Part shown: positions 14,719 through 25,848 of the stretch, piece by piece
Layout of the letters: the number at the start of each line of letters is the position of its first letter
Numbering within the stretch: the first letter of the stretch is position 1
Assembly (NCBI GenBank): GCA_964582225.1
Contig: CAZORA010000007.1
Coordinates: forward strand, 11,558-75,557
Reading direction: 5' to 3'
From: an uncultured Dokdonella sp.
Lineage (GTDB): Bacteria; Pseudomonadota; Gammaproteobacteria; Xanthomonadales; Rhodanobacteraceae
DNA length: 64,000 bases
The notes under the pieces: model-generated
What the model saw: only the letters and a program-made list of their open reading frames with translations
Databases searched by the model: none
What the model was told of the DNA's origin: nothing
Translations under genes and position numbers: made by a program

Positions 14719-14767
14719 CGTGCTTCGCCCGAAGGCGTCACGAAGAAGCTGCACGAGCGGCGGGGTG

Positions 14768-14795
14768 AAAAAGGGCCGGCCCGCGGCCCCGGCCT
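14768..14795 (-). terminator. Probable intrinsic terminator for cysteine synthase gene
   Basis: On minus strand AGGCCGG...CCGGCCC followed by TTTTT, between convergent genes. Confidence 0.55.
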
Positions 14796-14857
14796 GAAGT
14801 CAGACCCAGGCACCACGGGCCGGCTCTCCGGGGAAGCGGAACCGGCTCGGCAGATCG

Positions 14858-15901
14858 TCAAGCTGCCTGTCGGGCAGCGGGCGTCGAGGGGAAGGCGCGG
14901 TCCAGCCAGTCGGCCACCGGCAGGCCGCGCTCGCGCAGGAACGCCGGGTTGTAGAGTTTGCGCGCGTAGCGCGCGCCACCATCGCAAAGCAGGGTAACGA
15001 TCACGTGACCCGGACCGAGCTCCCGCGCCAGACGAATCGCACCAGCCACGTTGACACCCGAGGATCCGCCAAGGCACAGCCCTTCCTCGGCCGCCAGTCC
15101 ATGCAGCAACGGCAGCGACTCGGCGTCGGGGATGCTCCACGCGGTATCGATCCGCGCATCCGCGAAATTGGCGGTGACCCGGCTCGAGCCGATGCCTTCC
15201 GTGATGGAATTGCCTTCGGCGACGAGCTCTCCGTGCAGAACCTGATTGGCCAGCGCCGAGCCGGCCGGATCGGCGAGGGCAACGCGCACATCCGGTCGAT
15301 GCGCTTTGAGCCCTTCGGCAACTCCGGCGAGGGTGCCGCCAGTACCGGCCGAGCAGACGAATCCGTCGATCTTGCCGGCGGTTTGCTGCCAGATTTCCTG
15401 AGCGGTGGTAGCGACGTGGAAATCGCGGTTGGCGGTGTTGTCGAACTGGTTGGCGAACCAGGCACCGTTCGGTTCGCTGGCTGCGCGGTCCTCGGCCAGC
15501 GCGCGGGCGACATGCACATAGTGATGTGGGTCGCGGAACGGCACTGCCGGGACGAGACGCACTTCGGCGCCGGTGAGACGCAGCGCGTCGATCTTCTCCG
15601 GGCTTTGCGTCTGTGGCATCACGATGACCGTCCGGTAGCCGCGGCTCGCACCGACCAACGCGAGACCGATGCCGGTGTTACCGGCGGTACCCTCGACCAG
15701 CAGCCCGCCCGGGCGCACCTGCCCGCGACGTTCAGCATCGTTCAGCATGCCGAGCGCGGTGCGATCCTTGATCGAGCCGCCGGGATTCAGAAACTCGGCC
15801 TTGCCAAGGATTTCGCAGCCCGTGAGCTCGGAGGCGCGCCGCAGCCGCAGGAGCGGCGTGTGACCCACGGCGGCGGAAAAGTCCTGGAGTACGTCGACCA
15901 C
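14858..15901 (-). CDS. cysK: Cysteine synthase (PLP-dependent)
   Basis: KAEFLNPGGSIKDR, EGTAGNTGIGL, GTGGT, EGIG; GTG start after GAGAGG (alternative 15922). Confidence 0.88.
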   Translation of the reverse strand: MVDVLQDFSAAVGHTPLLRLRRASELTGCEILGKAEFLNPGGSIKDRTALGMLNDAERRGQVRPGGLLVEGTAGNTGIGLALVGASRGYRTVIVMPQTQSPEKIDALRLTGAEVRLVPAVPFRDPHHYVHVARALAEDRAASEPNGAWFANQFDNTANRDFHVATTAQEIWQQTAGKIDGFVCSAGTGGTLAGVAEGLKAHRPDVRVALADPAGSALANQVLHGELVAEGNSITEGIGSSRVTANFADARIDTAWSIPDAESLPLLHGLAAEEGLCLGGSSGVNVAGAIRLARELGPGHVIVTLLCDGGARYARKLYNPAFLRERGLPVADWLDRAFPSTPAARQAA

Positions 15902-16103
15902 GGTAGATACCTCTCGAATCACCGCTCAAGCGCGCAACGCATCGGCTTGCCGGGGCTGCGCGTCGGCCCTTCAGATTTCAAAAGGAACGACCGTCAGCTT
16001 GCAGCTCGCGCCCAAGCCAGTGAAATGAGATTCGGGTCTCGCTCGATAAGCGCAAGGCATATGCGGCGACGTCGTTCAGGCTCGACGCCGCAACGCTGGC
16101 GCC

Positions 16104-17396
16104 TCAGCGCCTGGAGATTTCGACGTAGTCGCGCCGCGTCGAGCCGATATAGACCTGTCGCGGGCGGCCGATGCGGGTTTCCGGGTCGACGTGCTGCTCC
16201 AGCCAGTGCGCGACCCAGCCGGCAGTGCGGGCGATCGCAAACATGACGGTGAACATGTCGGTCGGGATCTTGAGCGCCTTGTAGATGATGCCGGAATAGA
16301 AGTCGACATTCGGATAAAGCTTGCGCTCGATGAAGTAATCGTCCTTGAGCGCCGCCTGCTCGAGCTCCATCGCCACATCGAGCAGTGGATCGTCGACGTG
16401 CAGGTCTTCGAGCACCTTGTGGCACATGTCGCGGATGATCTTGGCGCGCGGATCGAAGTTCTTGTAAACACGGTGGCCGAAGCCCATCAAGCGGAAACCG
16501 GACTCCCGGTCCTTGGCGCGCGTGACCGCCTTGCCGACGTTCTTCACGTCGCCGATCTCGCCGAGCATCTTCAGCACGGCCTCGTTGGCGCCGCCATGCG
16601 CCGGACCCCACAGCGCGGCAATGCCCGCGGCGACACAGGCGTAAGGGTTGGCGCCGGTCGAGCCAACCAGGCGCACGGTCGAGGTCGACGCGTTCTGCTC
16701 GTGGTCGGCGTGCAGGATGAACAACAGGTCGAGTGCGCTGGCGACCACCGGATTCAGCTCGAGCGGCTCGCTCGGCACCTCGAACATCATGTGCAGAAAA
16801 CGCGAGACGTATTCGAGATTGTTGCGCGGATAGCGGATCGGCCAGTCGATCGAGTAGCGATAGGCGGCCGCGGCGATGGTCGGCATCTTGGCGATCAGGC
16901 GAATCGCCGCCAGATGGCGCTGCTCCGGATCGCCGAGGTCGAGCGTGTCGTGATAGAACGCCGACAGCGAGGCGATCGAGCCGCACAGCATCGCCATCGG
17001 GTGCGCGTCGTGATGAAAGCCGCCAAGAAACTTCTTCAGCGACTCGTGCATCATCGTGTGATGCGTGATCTGGTGCTCAAAGGCGGTGAACTGGGCGGGC
17101 GTGGGCAGCTCGCCGTTGATGAGCAGGTAGGCGACTTCAAGAAAGCTCGACTGCTTGGCCAGCTGCTCGATCGGGTAGCCGCGATACAGCAGGATGCCCT
17201 TCTCGCCGTCGATGAAGGTGATCGCGCTGCGCGTCACCGCAGTCGCGGCGAAGCCCGGATCGAAGGTGAAGTAACCCGCGTCCCGATGCAGGTGCGCGAT
17301 GTCGATCGCCGGGTCGCCGAGCGTACCGGCAACGACCGGAAGCTCGGCGCGGTGGTCGGAAGTCGAGTTGGAAAGATGGACGATATCGTTGGACAC
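16104..17396 (-). CDS. gltA: Type II citrate synthase
   Basis: [44 protein letters not shown]. Confidence 0.98.
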   Translation of the reverse strand: MSNDIVHLSNSTSDHRAELPVVAGTLGDPAIDIAHLHRDAGYFTFDPGFAATAVTRSAITFIDGEKGILLYRGYPIEQLAKQSSFLEVAYLLINGELPTPAQFTAFEHQITHHTMMHESLKKFLGGFHHDAHPMAMLCGSIASLSAFYHDTLDLGDPEQRHLAAIRLIAKMPTIAAAAYRYSIDWPIRYPRNNLEYVSRFLHMMFEVPSEPLELNPVVASALDLLFILHADHEQNASTSTVRLVGSTGANPYACVAAGIAALWGPAHGGANEAVLKMLGEIGDVKNVGKAVTRAKDRESGFRLMGFGHRVYKNFDPRAKIIRDMCHKVLEDLHVDDPLLDVAMELEQAALKDDYFIERKLYPNVDFYSGIIYKALKIPTDMFTVMFAIARTAGWVAHWLEQHVDPETRIGRPRQVYIGSTRRDYVEISRR

Positions 17397-17648
17397 GGAG
17401 TGCTCCTCGCTGCGGGTCGCGGCGGTATCACGACCGCGCGAAAGACGCCGTCGCGTACGCGCCAGACAGCGACCGCGAAGCGCTGATTATTGCACAGCAG
17501 CATCCCGGCCTGGCGGCGCCAAGCTGAACTCTCGCGATCTGGAAGCGCACACGCCGCCGCAGCGCACTGCCGCAGCGGTATTCAGCAAACTCAGGAACCG
17601 GAACGCAGTGCAATCGGTCGCTGCGCCGCAGCAATCCGTCGCGCCGCC

Positions 17649-17891
17649 TTACTTGACGTAGCGGCGGCGGAATTTCTCGACGCGGCCCGCGGTATCGAGG
17701 ATCTTCTGCTTGCCGGTAAAAAACGGGTGCGAGTGGCTGGAGATTTCCACCTTAACCAGCGGATACTCCTCGCCGTCTGTCCACTGGATCGTCTCCTTGC
17801 TGGAGATGGTCGAGCGGGTCAGGAAGGCGAAGTCGCTGGACAGGTCCTGAAACACCACCGGCCGATACTCGGGATGGATGTCGGCTTTCAT
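17649..17891 (-). CDS. rpmE2: 50S ribosomal protein L31 type B (no Cys zinc ribbon)
   Basis: [16 protein letters not shown]...[21 protein letters not shown]. Confidence 0.96.
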   Translation of the reverse strand: MKADIHPEYRPVVFQDLSSDFAFLTRSTISSKETIQWTDGEEYPLVKVEISSHSHPFFTGKQKILDTAGRVEKFRRRYVK

Positions 17892-17972
17892 GAGGGCTCC
17901 GCAGATACCGCGAATGAAGTGAGCCGCGTATTCTACTGCGCGCGCTTGCCTGCGCACAACTCGACTTCAGGC

Positions 17973-20075
17973 TCAGGCGCCGGCGTAGCGCGCGGCACCG
18001 CCGAACCAGCGGTCCACCAGACGATCCACCCGCTCGAGGTGATCGCGCAGCAGGATCGCGCCGACCCGCTGCACCTCGGGCAGCAGATTCGCATCGCGCA
18101 CCAGGTCCGCCACGCGCAGCGCGAGCTGGCCGGCCTGTCGAGTACCGAGCAGCTCGCCCGGGCCGCGCAGCTCGAGATCTTTCTCGGCGATGCGGAAGCC
18201 GTCGGCAGTATCGCGCAGCAATTCGAGACGGGCCCGCGCAAGGCGCGAGAGCGGCGGTTGGTAAAGCAGCACACAGCTCGACTCGGCGCGGCCGCGCCCG
18301 ACCCGACCGCGCAGCTGGTGCAGCTGGGCAAGCCCCAGGCGCTCGGCGTTCTCGATCACCATCAAACTCGCGTTGGGCACGTCGACGCCGACTTCGATCA
18401 CCGTGGTGGCGACCAGCAGGCGGGTTTCGCCGACCTTGAAGGCGTCCATCGCGACCTGCTTGTCGCGCGCCTTGAGTCGTCCGTGCACCAGCCCGATCCT
18501 GCACTCCGGCAGGGCCGCGGAAAGCTCGGCGAAGGCGCTTTCCGCGGCCTGCGCTTCGAGCTGCTCGGACTCCTCGATCAGGGTGCAGACCCAGTAGGCC
18601 TGGCGGCCCCCGGCGCAGGCGACGCGGATGCGCTCGATCACCTCGGCACGGCGAGCGGCGGATACCGCCACCGTGCGCACCGGCCTGCGCCCCGGCGGCA
18701 GCTGGTCGATGATCGAGACGTCGAGATCGGCGTAGGCAGTCATCGCCAGCGTGCGCGGAATCGGCGTCGCGGTGAGCACCAGCTGATGCGGAACCACGGG
18801 TCCGTGCTTGCGCCGATCGCTCAGGCTGAGGCGCTGGTGCACGCCGAAGCGATGCTGCTCGTCGATGACGGCGAGGCCGAGCCGCGGGAAATGCACGCCT
18901 TCCTGCATCAGCGCATGGGTGCCGATGGTCACCGGCGCGCCGGCGGCGATCGCCGCGAGGGCGCGCTCGCGGGTGCGCCCGACCACCTTGCCAGCAAGCC
19001 ATACCGGCTCGATCCCGAGCGGTTCGAACCAGGCGCGCAAGAGGCTGTGGTGCTGCTCGGCGAGAAGCTCCGTGGGGGCAGCGAACGCCGCTTGCCGGTC
19101 GGCCTCGACGGCCGCCAGGATCGCCAGCGCGGCAACCACGGTCTTGCCCGAACCAACATCGCCCTGCACGAGGCGCAACATCGGTCGCGCGCGGCGCAGA
19201 TCGGTGAGGATCTCACGGTTCACGCGCTGCTGCGCGGCAGTCAGCGTGAACGATAGCTGCTCGAGGAGAGCATCGCGCAGGCGACCGTCGCCGCGCAGCG
19301 CCGGCGCACGGCGATTCTGCACCGCAAGCCGCATGCGGCGCAGGCTCAGGTGGTGGCTCAGAAGCTCCTCGAAAGCGAGCCGCCGCTGCGCCGGATGGCG
19401 ACCGCTCGCCAGCGCGGCGAGATCGGCATCCGGCGGCGGGTGATGGGCGATCAGCAGGGCCTCGCGCAGCGCCATGAGTCGCAGCGGCTGGCGCAGCTCG
19501 GCCGGAATCAGCTCCAGCTCGTCTCCCGGAGGCAGCTGGCGCAAGGCCTCAGCGACCAGCGCGGAAAGGCGTCGCTGACCGAGGCCGGTGCCGCTCGGGT
19601 AAATTGGCGTCAGCCGCTCCTCCAGCGGCGGATCGCCGCCGGCAGCGATCCGCTGAACCTGCGGATGGATGAATTCCGGCCCTTGCGGACCGAAGCGTAC
19701 TTCGCCGAAGCAGCGCAGGCGCAGGCCGGTCGCAAACTGGGCGAGCTGGCCGTGCCTGAAATGGAAAAAGCGCAGGCCGAGACGCGCGCCCGCCGCATCG
19801 CACAGGGCGACCCGCAGCTGCGGGCGGCCAGCGAAGCTGCAGCTCGCGCCTTGCACCACCCCCTCGACCAGCGCCGGGGTCCCGGCGCGCAGGTCGGCGA
19901 CCGGCGTCAGGCGGGTGCGGTCCTCGTAGCGCAGCGGCAGGTGGAACCACAGATCCTGAACTCGCTGCAGGCCGAGCCGAGCCAGCGCGGCGGCCAGCGC
20001 CGGGCCGACTCCCGCCAGCGAGGTGACCGGGGCGAGCCCAGCGGCAAGTGCCGCCGGAGGAGCAGCCGACGCCAC
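17973..20075 (-). CDS. recG: ATP-dependent DNA helicase RecG
   Basis: QGDVGSGKT, DEQHRFGV, TATPIPRTL, QLHQLRGRVGRG, DLELRGPGE. Confidence 0.98.
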   Translation of the reverse strand: MASAAPPAALAAGLAPVTSLAGVGPALAAALARLGLQRVQDLWFHLPLRYEDRTRLTPVADLRAGTPALVEGVVQGASCSFAGRPQLRVALCDAAGARLGLRFFHFRHGQLAQFATGLRLRCFGEVRFGPQGPEFIHPQVQRIAAGGDPPLEERLTPIYPSGTGLGQRRLSALVAEALRQLPPGDELELIPAELRQPLRLMALREALLIAHHPPPDADLAALASGRHPAQRRLAFEELLSHHLSLRRMRLAVQNRRAPALRGDGRLRDALLEQLSFTLTAAQQRVNREILTDLRRARPMLRLVQGDVGSGKTVVAALAILAAVEADRQAAFAAPTELLAEQHHSLLRAWFEPLGIEPVWLAGKVVGRTRERALAAIAAGAPVTIGTHALMQEGVHFPRLGLAVIDEQHRFGVHQRLSLSDRRKHGPVVPHQLVLTATPIPRTLAMTAYADLDVSIIDQLPPGRRPVRTVAVSAARRAEVIERIRVACAGGRQAYWVCTLIEESEQLEAQAAESAFAELSAALPECRIGLVHGRLKARDKQVAMDAFKVGETRLLVATTVIEVGVDVPNASLMVIENAERLGLAQLHQLRGRVGRGRAESSCVLLYQPPLSRLARARLELLRDTADGFRIAEKDLELRGPGELLGTRQAGQLALRVADLVRDANLLPEVQRVGAILLRDHLERVDRLVDRWFGGAARYAGA

Positions 20076-20193
20076 CTCAGCCGCCCCGGCCGCGATCTCC
20101 GCGCGGCGGGAGCGGGACGAGCGGGTCCGACGAGGAGCTCGGCGTCCGACCCGTCAGAGCCATCGCATCTGCGCTGGCGCCGGTTTCACCCAT

Positions 20194-20580
20194 TCAGGCG
20201 TCGAGAACCGCCACCAGGTCGATTTCCACCTGTGCGCCGAGCGGCAGCGCGGCGACGCCGATCGTCGAGCGCGCCGGAAACGGCTCGCTGAAATACTGCT
20301 TCATCACCTCGTTGACGGCGGCGAAGTTGCCCAGGTCGGTCAGATAGATTCCCACCCGCACGACGTGCTCGAAGCGGGCACCCCCCGCCGCCAGCACCGC
20401 GCGCAGATTGTCGAAGACCTGCCGTGCCTGCGCCCCGACGTCGCCCGGCACCAGCTTGCCGACGCTCGGATCGAGCGGCGTCTGGCCGGACAGATACAGG
20501 GTGTTGCCGACGCGAACGGCCTGCGAGTATGGGCCGATGGCCTTCGGCGCCTGATCGGAATGAACAATGCTGCGGCTCAT
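20194..20580 (-). CDS. ridA: RidA/YjgF family enamine deaminase
   Basis: APKAIGPYSQAV, YLSGQ, FPARS, VEID. Confidence 0.93.
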   Translation of the reverse strand: MSRSIVHSDQAPKAIGPYSQAVRVGNTLYLSGQTPLDPSVGKLVPGDVGAQARQVFDNLRAVLAAGGARFEHVVRVGIYLTDLGNFAAVNEVMKQYFSEPFPARSTIGVAALPLGAQVEIDLVAVLDA

Positions 20581-20661
20581 GGAAGCTCCGGCGAGTGGGA
20601 AAACTGCCCGAACTCTCGACTTGGCGACGCGAAAAGTCAACGCTGCGAGCGCCGCGGGGCT

Positions 20662-22848
20662 CTATACGGGGTGTCGACGCACCGCGGTCACCACGTGCAG
20701 CCGGCGCACGCCGCGGATCACGTCGGCCAGGTGCTTGCGATCGCGCACCTCGATCGTGAACAGCAAGGTCGCCGCTGCCAGGTCGCGTTCCTTGTACTCG
20801 ACGTTTTCGATGTTGGAGCCCACTTCCGCCACCGCAGCGGCGACCTGAGCCAGCACGCCTGGCTTGTTTTCCACTTCGATGCGCAGCTCGACCCGGTAGT
20901 CGCCCTGCACGTTCGCGTCCCAGGCGATTTCCACGCAGCGCTCGGGCAGCTTGCGGAACTCGGGCACATTGGGGCACTCGATTCGGTGCACGACGATGCC
21001 CTTGCCGGTGGACAGATAGCCCATGATCTCGTCGCCAGGCAGCGGGTGACAGCAGTTGCCGAAGCTGAGCACGCCGCGCTCGCTGCCGCTGATCAGGATC
21101 TTCTCACGGCTGTGACGGACTGCCGCGTGCGAATGCTCGCCGCCGGCCGCGAGCAGGGCCCGCGCGACCGCGTCGGCCACCCGGTTGCCGAGCGCGATGT
21201 CGGCCAGCAGATCCTCCAGGCGCCGGTACTTCTGCTCGCGCAAATAACGCTCGAGCAGCTCCGAACGAACCGCCTCGAGCGACGATCCGACGCCGTCCAG
21301 CGCGCGGTCGAGCATGCGGTGGCCAAAGTCGATCGCATCTTCATGCTGCAGGCGTTTCAGATGGTGGCGAATCGCGGTACGGGCGCGGCTTGACACGACC
21401 CACTCGAGCCACTGCGGCGAGGGCTGCGCCGAGGGTGCGGTTACGATCTCGATGGTCTGCCCGCTGGTCAGCGGCGTACGCAGCGGAATCAGGCGCTTGT
21501 CGGCGCGAGCGGCGACCGCATGGTCGCCGACGTCGGTGTGTACGGCGTAGGCGAAGTCGAGCGCGGTGGCATTGCGCGGCAGGGCCAGAATCTCGCCCTT
21601 GGGCGTGAACAGGTAGACCTCATCGGGGAACAGGTCGACCTTGACGTTATCAATGAACTCCAGCGACGAAGGCGTCTGGGTTTCGCGATCGACCAGACCC
21701 GACACCCACTCGCGGGCGCGGCTTTGTGCGCTGTTGGCCGGCAGGCCGTCCGTTTTGTAGACCCAGTGCGCAGCGACGCCGCGCTCCGCCACCGCATCCA
21801 TTTCCTCAGTGCGAATCTGAATTTCGATAGGCGCCTCGAAGGGCCCGAATAGCACCGTGTGCAGCGACTGGTAGCCGTTCGCCTTGGGAATCGCAATGAA
21901 GTCCTTGAAGCGTCCGTCGAGCGGCTTGTAGAGAGCGTGCACCGCGCCCAGCGCGCGATAACAGTCGGCCACATCGGCCACCACCACGCGAAAGCCGTAG
22001 ACGTCCATGACCTGGGCGAACGACTTGTGATCGTTGCGCATCTTCGTGTAGATGCTGTACGGCGACTTGATGCGGCTGTGTACGCGATGGCGGATGTGCT
22101 CGGCCTCGAGCTTCGCGTTGAGCGCCTCCTCGATCCGTCGCATCGCTTCGCGGCGGTTGCCGAGCACGGTGCGGATGCGCCCAGCGATGATCCGGTGTCG
22201 GTCTGGATACAGGCGGCGAAAGCCGAGATCCTGCAGCTCGAGGCGAATCTTGTTCATGCCCAGACGCTGCGCGATGGGCGCATAGATCTCGAGCGTCTCG
22301 CGGGCGATCCGGCGGCGCGACGCCGGCTCCATCGAGTCGAGCGTGCGCATGTTGTGCAAGCGGTCGGCGAGCTTGATCAAAATGACGCGCAAATCGCGCG
22401 CCATCGCCAGCAGCATCTTGCGGAAGCTCTCCGCGGCGGCTTCCTGGCGGCTGCGGAAGCGCAGCTTGTCGAGCTTGGTGACGCCGTCGACCAGCTCGGT
22501 CACCGTGGCGCCGAACTTTTCCGTGATTACCGCGGCTTGGAGCGGCGTGTCCTCGAGGGTGTCGTGCAGGATCGCGGTGATGATCGTCTCGACGTCCATG
22601 CCGAGCTCAGCGAGGATGCTCGCCACCGCCACCGGGTGCGTGATGTAAGGCTCACCGCTCTTGCGCGTCTGTCCCGCGTGCGCTTCGGCGGCCAGCAGGT
22701 ACGCATCGCGCACTTGAGCAAGCTGCTTCGCCGGAAGATAAGCCTCGAGCTGCTGCTCGAGCGAGCGCGCATAGGCCGGAAGGTCCGACGATGCCGGCTC
22801 ATGCGCCGCCCGCGGCGACGTGGGCGCGGCGCCGGTGCGGCTTTTCAC
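20662..22848 (-). CDS. spoT: Bifunctional (p)ppGpp synthase/hydrolase
   Basis: HD motif LHDTLED, KLADRLHNMRT, RFKDFIAIPKANGYQSLHT, TGS and ACT domains. Confidence 0.97.
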   Translation of the reverse strand: MKSRTGAAPTSPRAAHEPASSDLPAYARSLEQQLEAYLPAKQLAQVRDAYLLAAEAHAGQTRKSGEPYITHPVAVASILAELGMDVETIITAILHDTLEDTPLQAAVITEKFGATVTELVDGVTKLDKLRFRSRQEAAAESFRKMLLAMARDLRVILIKLADRLHNMRTLDSMEPASRRRIARETLEIYAPIAQRLGMNKIRLELQDLGFRRLYPDRHRIIAGRIRTVLGNRREAMRRIEEALNAKLEAEHIRHRVHSRIKSPYSIYTKMRNDHKSFAQVMDVYGFRVVVADVADCYRALGAVHALYKPLDGRFKDFIAIPKANGYQSLHTVLFGPFEAPIEIQIRTEEMDAVAERGVAAHWVYKTDGLPANSAQSRAREWVSGLVDRETQTPSSLEFIDNVKVDLFPDEVYLFTPKGEILALPRNATALDFAYAVHTDVGDHAVAARADKRLIPLRTPLTSGQTIEIVTAPSAQPSPQWLEWVVSSRARTAIRHHLKRLQHEDAIDFGHRMLDRALDGVGSSLEAVRSELLERYLREQKYRRLEDLLADIALGNRVADAVARALLAAGGEHSHAAVRHSREKILISGSERGVLSFGNCCHPLPGDEIMGYLSTGKGIVVHRIECPNVPEFRKLPERCVEIAWDANVQGDYRVELRIEVENKPGVLAQVAAAVAEVGSNIENVEYKERDLAAATLLFTIEVRDRKHLADVIRGVRRLHVVTAVRRHPV

Positions 22849-22891
22849 CCCGCTCCGCTCCGATCGCTACCGCGGTAGCGCGAGAATTTCA

Positions 22892-23185
22892 TCAAAGATC
22901 GTCGCCGCCTTTGCCGAGGTCGTCGTCCACTTCGGCCGCGGCCCACTCGAGCGCCTCGCGCTCCGCGCGCTCGCGCTCCTGGCGATCGATCTCCTCGATC
23001 ATCGCCTTGTTGACGGTACCTTCGGCGATTTCGCGCAGTGCGACGACGGTCGGCTTGTCGTTCTCGTCGTCGACCGTCGGCGTTGCGCCGCGCGCGATCT
23101 GGCGCGCACGCTTGGTGCCCATCAGCACCAGCTCGAAGCGGTTGTCCACCACCTTGAGGCAATCTTCCACCGTGATCCTGGCCAT
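22892..23185 (-). CDS. rpoZ: RNA polymerase omega subunit
   Basis: [26 protein letters not shown]. Confidence 0.98.
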   Translation of the reverse strand: MARITVEDCLKVVDNRFELVLMGTKRARQIARGATPTVDDENDKPTVVALREIAEGTVNKAMIEEIDRQERERAEREALEWAAAEVDDDLGKGGDDL

Positions 23186-23387
23186 CGCTGTCTCCACTGC
23201 AAAATCATTGGCCAATCATGGCCTTAAGGTTTGTGATTATACTGTCGCAAATTTGTGCGTTGCAATGTGCCCGCAGAGCGTGCTCGGCACGTGCAGCGAC
23301 GGCTGCGCCAAGCCGGCGTTTCGCGTAGCCTTGCGCTTCGGCGCCGACCCCCATCCGGCGCCCGGGACAAGCAGAAAAAAGACCCAC

Positions 23388-24206
23388 ATGCGCCTCCTTC
23401 GCCAGCCCCGCGACGCCCGCGTCGTCCTCCTCGCCATCGGCTTCGCGCTGCTCGCCGGCTGCACCATCGCGCCGCCGCGGACGGACGATCCTTGGGAGGG
23501 CTTCAACCGCAAGGTACACGTTTTCAATGATGCCGCCGACAAGGCGGTGATCCGGCCGCTGGCGGTCACCTACCGCAAGCTCACCACGCGCACCATGCGG
23601 CGCCTGATCACCAATTTCTTCGCCAACATCCAACTGCCGATTTCGATCATCAACGACTTGCTGCAGGGCGCCCCCGTTGATGCGGCGCACAATACCGCAC
23701 GCATGGCGGTGAACAGCACCGCCGGGCTGCTCGGCCTTTTCGACCCTGCGAGCGAGATGAATCTGGCGGCGCGGAGAACCGACTTCGGTGTCACCCTGGC
23801 GCGCTGGGGGCTGCCAGAGGGACCCTATCTGGAGCTGCCGTTGGTCGGTCCGACCACTCCGCGCGACGTCTGGCGGCTGCCGGTCGACAACCGCTTCAGC
23901 CCGCTCGGCTGGTACGCGCGCGAGCACGATTTCACCCTGCATGCGGAATATCTGCCGAACTTCCTGTATTTGGTCACCCTGCGCGCATCGGCCATCGACG
24001 CCGAATCCTTGCTGGAAGGCGTCTACGACCCCTATCTGTTCTACCGCGACGCGTACCGCCAGCGTCGGCTGCACGAGATCTACCGGGGCAACCCGCCGGC
24101 CGAGCTGATCGAGCGCCTGCAGGGCGCCGACGACGAGGATATTGACGACCTGCTCGAGCAGCAGCGCGCCTGGGAACGGGAGCAGAAAAAACCGCAAGCA
24201 CACTGA
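23388..24206 (+). CDS. mlaA: MlaA/VacJ outer-membrane lipoprotein
   Basis: Lipobox LLAGC, DPWEGFNR, NSTAGLLGLFDPA, DFGVTLARWG, GPYLELPLVGPTT, DPYLFYRDAY. Confidence 0.94.
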   Translation: MRLLRQPRDARVVLLAIGFALLAGCTIAPPRTDDPWEGFNRKVHVFNDAADKAVIRPLAVTYRKLTTRTMRRLITNFFANIQLPISIINDLLQGAPVDAAHNTARMAVNSTAGLLGLFDPASEMNLAARRTDFGVTLARWGLPEGPYLELPLVGPTTPRDVWRLPVDNRFSPLGWYAREHDFTLHAEYLPNFLYLVTLRASAIDAESLLEGVYDPYLFYRDAYRQRRLHEIYRGNPPAELIERLQGADDEDIDDLLEQQRAWEREQKKPQAH

Positions 24207-24254
24207 GTCGGAGGGGTCGGCAGCAGCGCGCAGCCAACGTCCGACAGCGTGCGC

Positions 24255-24572
24255 TCAGGAGGCGGCGTCCGCCGAGATTCCGAGCAGACCCTCGACCTGA
24301 CAGAGCTGCGCCAGCGCGTGCAGCGCCGCGGGTGCCCGCTCCACCTGCAGCCGCATGCCGCGTGCTGCGGCGCGGGCCGCCCAGGCGAGCAATAGCGCCA
24401 GCGTAGCGCTGTCGATGTCCTCGAGACCTGCGGCGTCGAGCTTCAGCTCGCCGCCACGCCCGAGCAGCTCCTCGCTGCGCGCCAGCGCGGCCTTCACTCC
24501 GGCAAAACCCGCCGTTCCGCTCAGGCGCACGCGATCCGGCGCGAGGCGTTCGATTTGCAGCGTGCCGCTCAC
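24255..24572 (-). CDS. mlaB: STAS-domain protein MlaB
   Basis: IDSATLALL STAS motif; start overlaps mlaC stop. Confidence 0.85.
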   Translation of the reverse strand: MSGTLQIERLAPDRVRLSGTAGFAGVKAALARSEELLGRGGELKLDAAGLEDIDSATLALLLAWAARAAARGMRLQVERAPAALHALAQLCQVEGLLGISADAAS

Positions 24573-25213
24573 GAGCCCTTCGGAGCCTCCCCCTGCATGC
24601 CCTCGAGCGCCGCCCGACCCTGGCTCTCGAGACGCACGATCAGGGCGTCGAGCCCGGTCTTCTGGATCTCCGCGCCGACCTGGTTGCGGTAATTGGTGAT
24701 GTAGGAAATGCCCTCGATGATCACATCGTAGGCCTTCCAGTCGCCGTCGCGGGTCTTGCGGAACGCGTAGTCGACCGCAATCGTCTTGCCGTCGTCCAGC
24801 ACCACCTGGGTGCGCACGATCGTGCGCTTGTCGTTGGTCTCGCCCTTGAACGGCAGCACGCGCACCTTGCCGCGGGTGTAGTTCAGCAGACCTTCCGCAT
24901 AGCGGTCGACCAGGGAGTCATAGAAGGCCTTGGCGAAGCGCGCGCGCTGCTCGGGTGTGGCGCTGCGCGCGTACTGGCCGAGCACCAGGATCGAGGCGTA
25001 GTCGATGTCGAAATGCGGCAGGAACACATCGTCGATCAGCTCGATCAGCCGCCGGTGGTCCTGCTGCAATTCGGCCTTGCGACCGCTGACCGCCTGATCA
25101 AGCTCGTCGGCGATCTTCTGCACGATCTGATCGGGCGCGGCGGGCGCCGCGCGGACCGGCGCCGCGGCCAGGGCCAGCAGGGCGGCAAAAGCACAGACCA
25201 GAATGCGCAACAT
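24569..25213 (-). CDS. mlaC: Phospholipid-binding periplasmic protein MlaC
   Basis: Signal peptide; WKAYDVIIEGISYITNYRNQ. Confidence 0.94.
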   Translation of the reverse strand: MLRILVCAFAALLALAAAPVRAAPAAPDQIVQKIADELDQAVSGRKAELQQDHRRLIELIDDVFLPHFDIDYASILVLGQYARSATPEQRARFAKAFYDSLVDRYAEGLLNYTRGKVRVLPFKGETNDKRTIVRTQVVLDDGKTIAVDYAFRKTRDGDWKAYDVIIEGISYITNYRNQVGAEIQKTGLDALIVRLESQGRAALEGMQGEAPKGS

Positions 25214-25222
25214 GACGGCTCC

Positions 25223-25735
25223 TCAATGATGGGTTTCTGCGTCCGACGAGTCCGGCGGCGGGTTTTTGCTGCCGGAAGACGAGCCGCTGCCGACCAGGAA
25301 CTTGCCGATCAGATCCTCGAGCTGCATCGACGACTGGGTCAGCACGAAGCGGTCGCCGTCCTTGAACATGTCGGGCGAACCGCCGGGCTGGATGCCAACG
25401 TACTGGTCGCCAAGCAAACCGCTGGTGAATATCGAGGCCGAGGAGTCGTCGGGGATGTCCCTGTAGCGCTCGTCGATGGCGAGTTCGACCTCGGCTTCGA
25501 GCTGCTGTGGATCGAGCGCGATGGACTGTACCGAGCCGATCCGCACGCCCGCGAGCTTGACCGGCGCACGCAGCTTCAACTGGCCGATATTGCCGAAGCG
25601 CGCGGTCAGGGTATAGCTCGGCCCCTGGCTGAAGTTCGCCACCGAGGTGGTCTGCGTGGCGAGATAGGCGAGCGCCGCGAATCCGAGAACGATGAACAGG
25701 CCGGTACCAACCTGAAAGGAGCGTCGCTGGGTCAT
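25223..25735 (-). CDS. mlaD: MCE protein MlaD
   Basis: N-terminal TM, FGNIGQLKLRAPVKLAGVRIG, TSGLLGDQYV. Confidence 0.95.
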   Translation of the reverse strand: MTQRRSFQVGTGLFIVLGFAALAYLATQTTSVANFSQGPSYTLTARFGNIGQLKLRAPVKLAGVRIGSVQSIALDPQQLEAEVELAIDERYRDIPDDSSASIFTSGLLGDQYVGIQPGGSPDMFKDGDRFVLTQSSMQLEDLIGKFLVGSGSSSGSKNPPPDSSDAETHH

Positions 25736-25848
25736 GACATGAATCCGCTGAACTGAAGCGCAGCGCGCGGGCTCCGCGCGGTCGGATGGCTTCGCGTGGC
25801 CCCGCCGACAGGCGCGGCGGGGGACGGCTGGATGAATCGGTGGGTCAC
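25732..25848 (-). CDS. Putative 38-aa small ORF between mlaE and mlaD
   Basis: GAGGAG 8 nt before GTG; 39 codons; TGA overlaps mlaD ATG (ATGA). Confidence 0.35.
   Translation of the reverse strand: MTHRFIQPSPAAPVGGATRSHPTARSPRAALQFSGFMS

Noticed and set aside
14719..14857. Structured intergenic region as a possible ncRNA
   Set aside because: No SRP, 6S or tRNA signature; hairpins are explained by termination between convergent genes.
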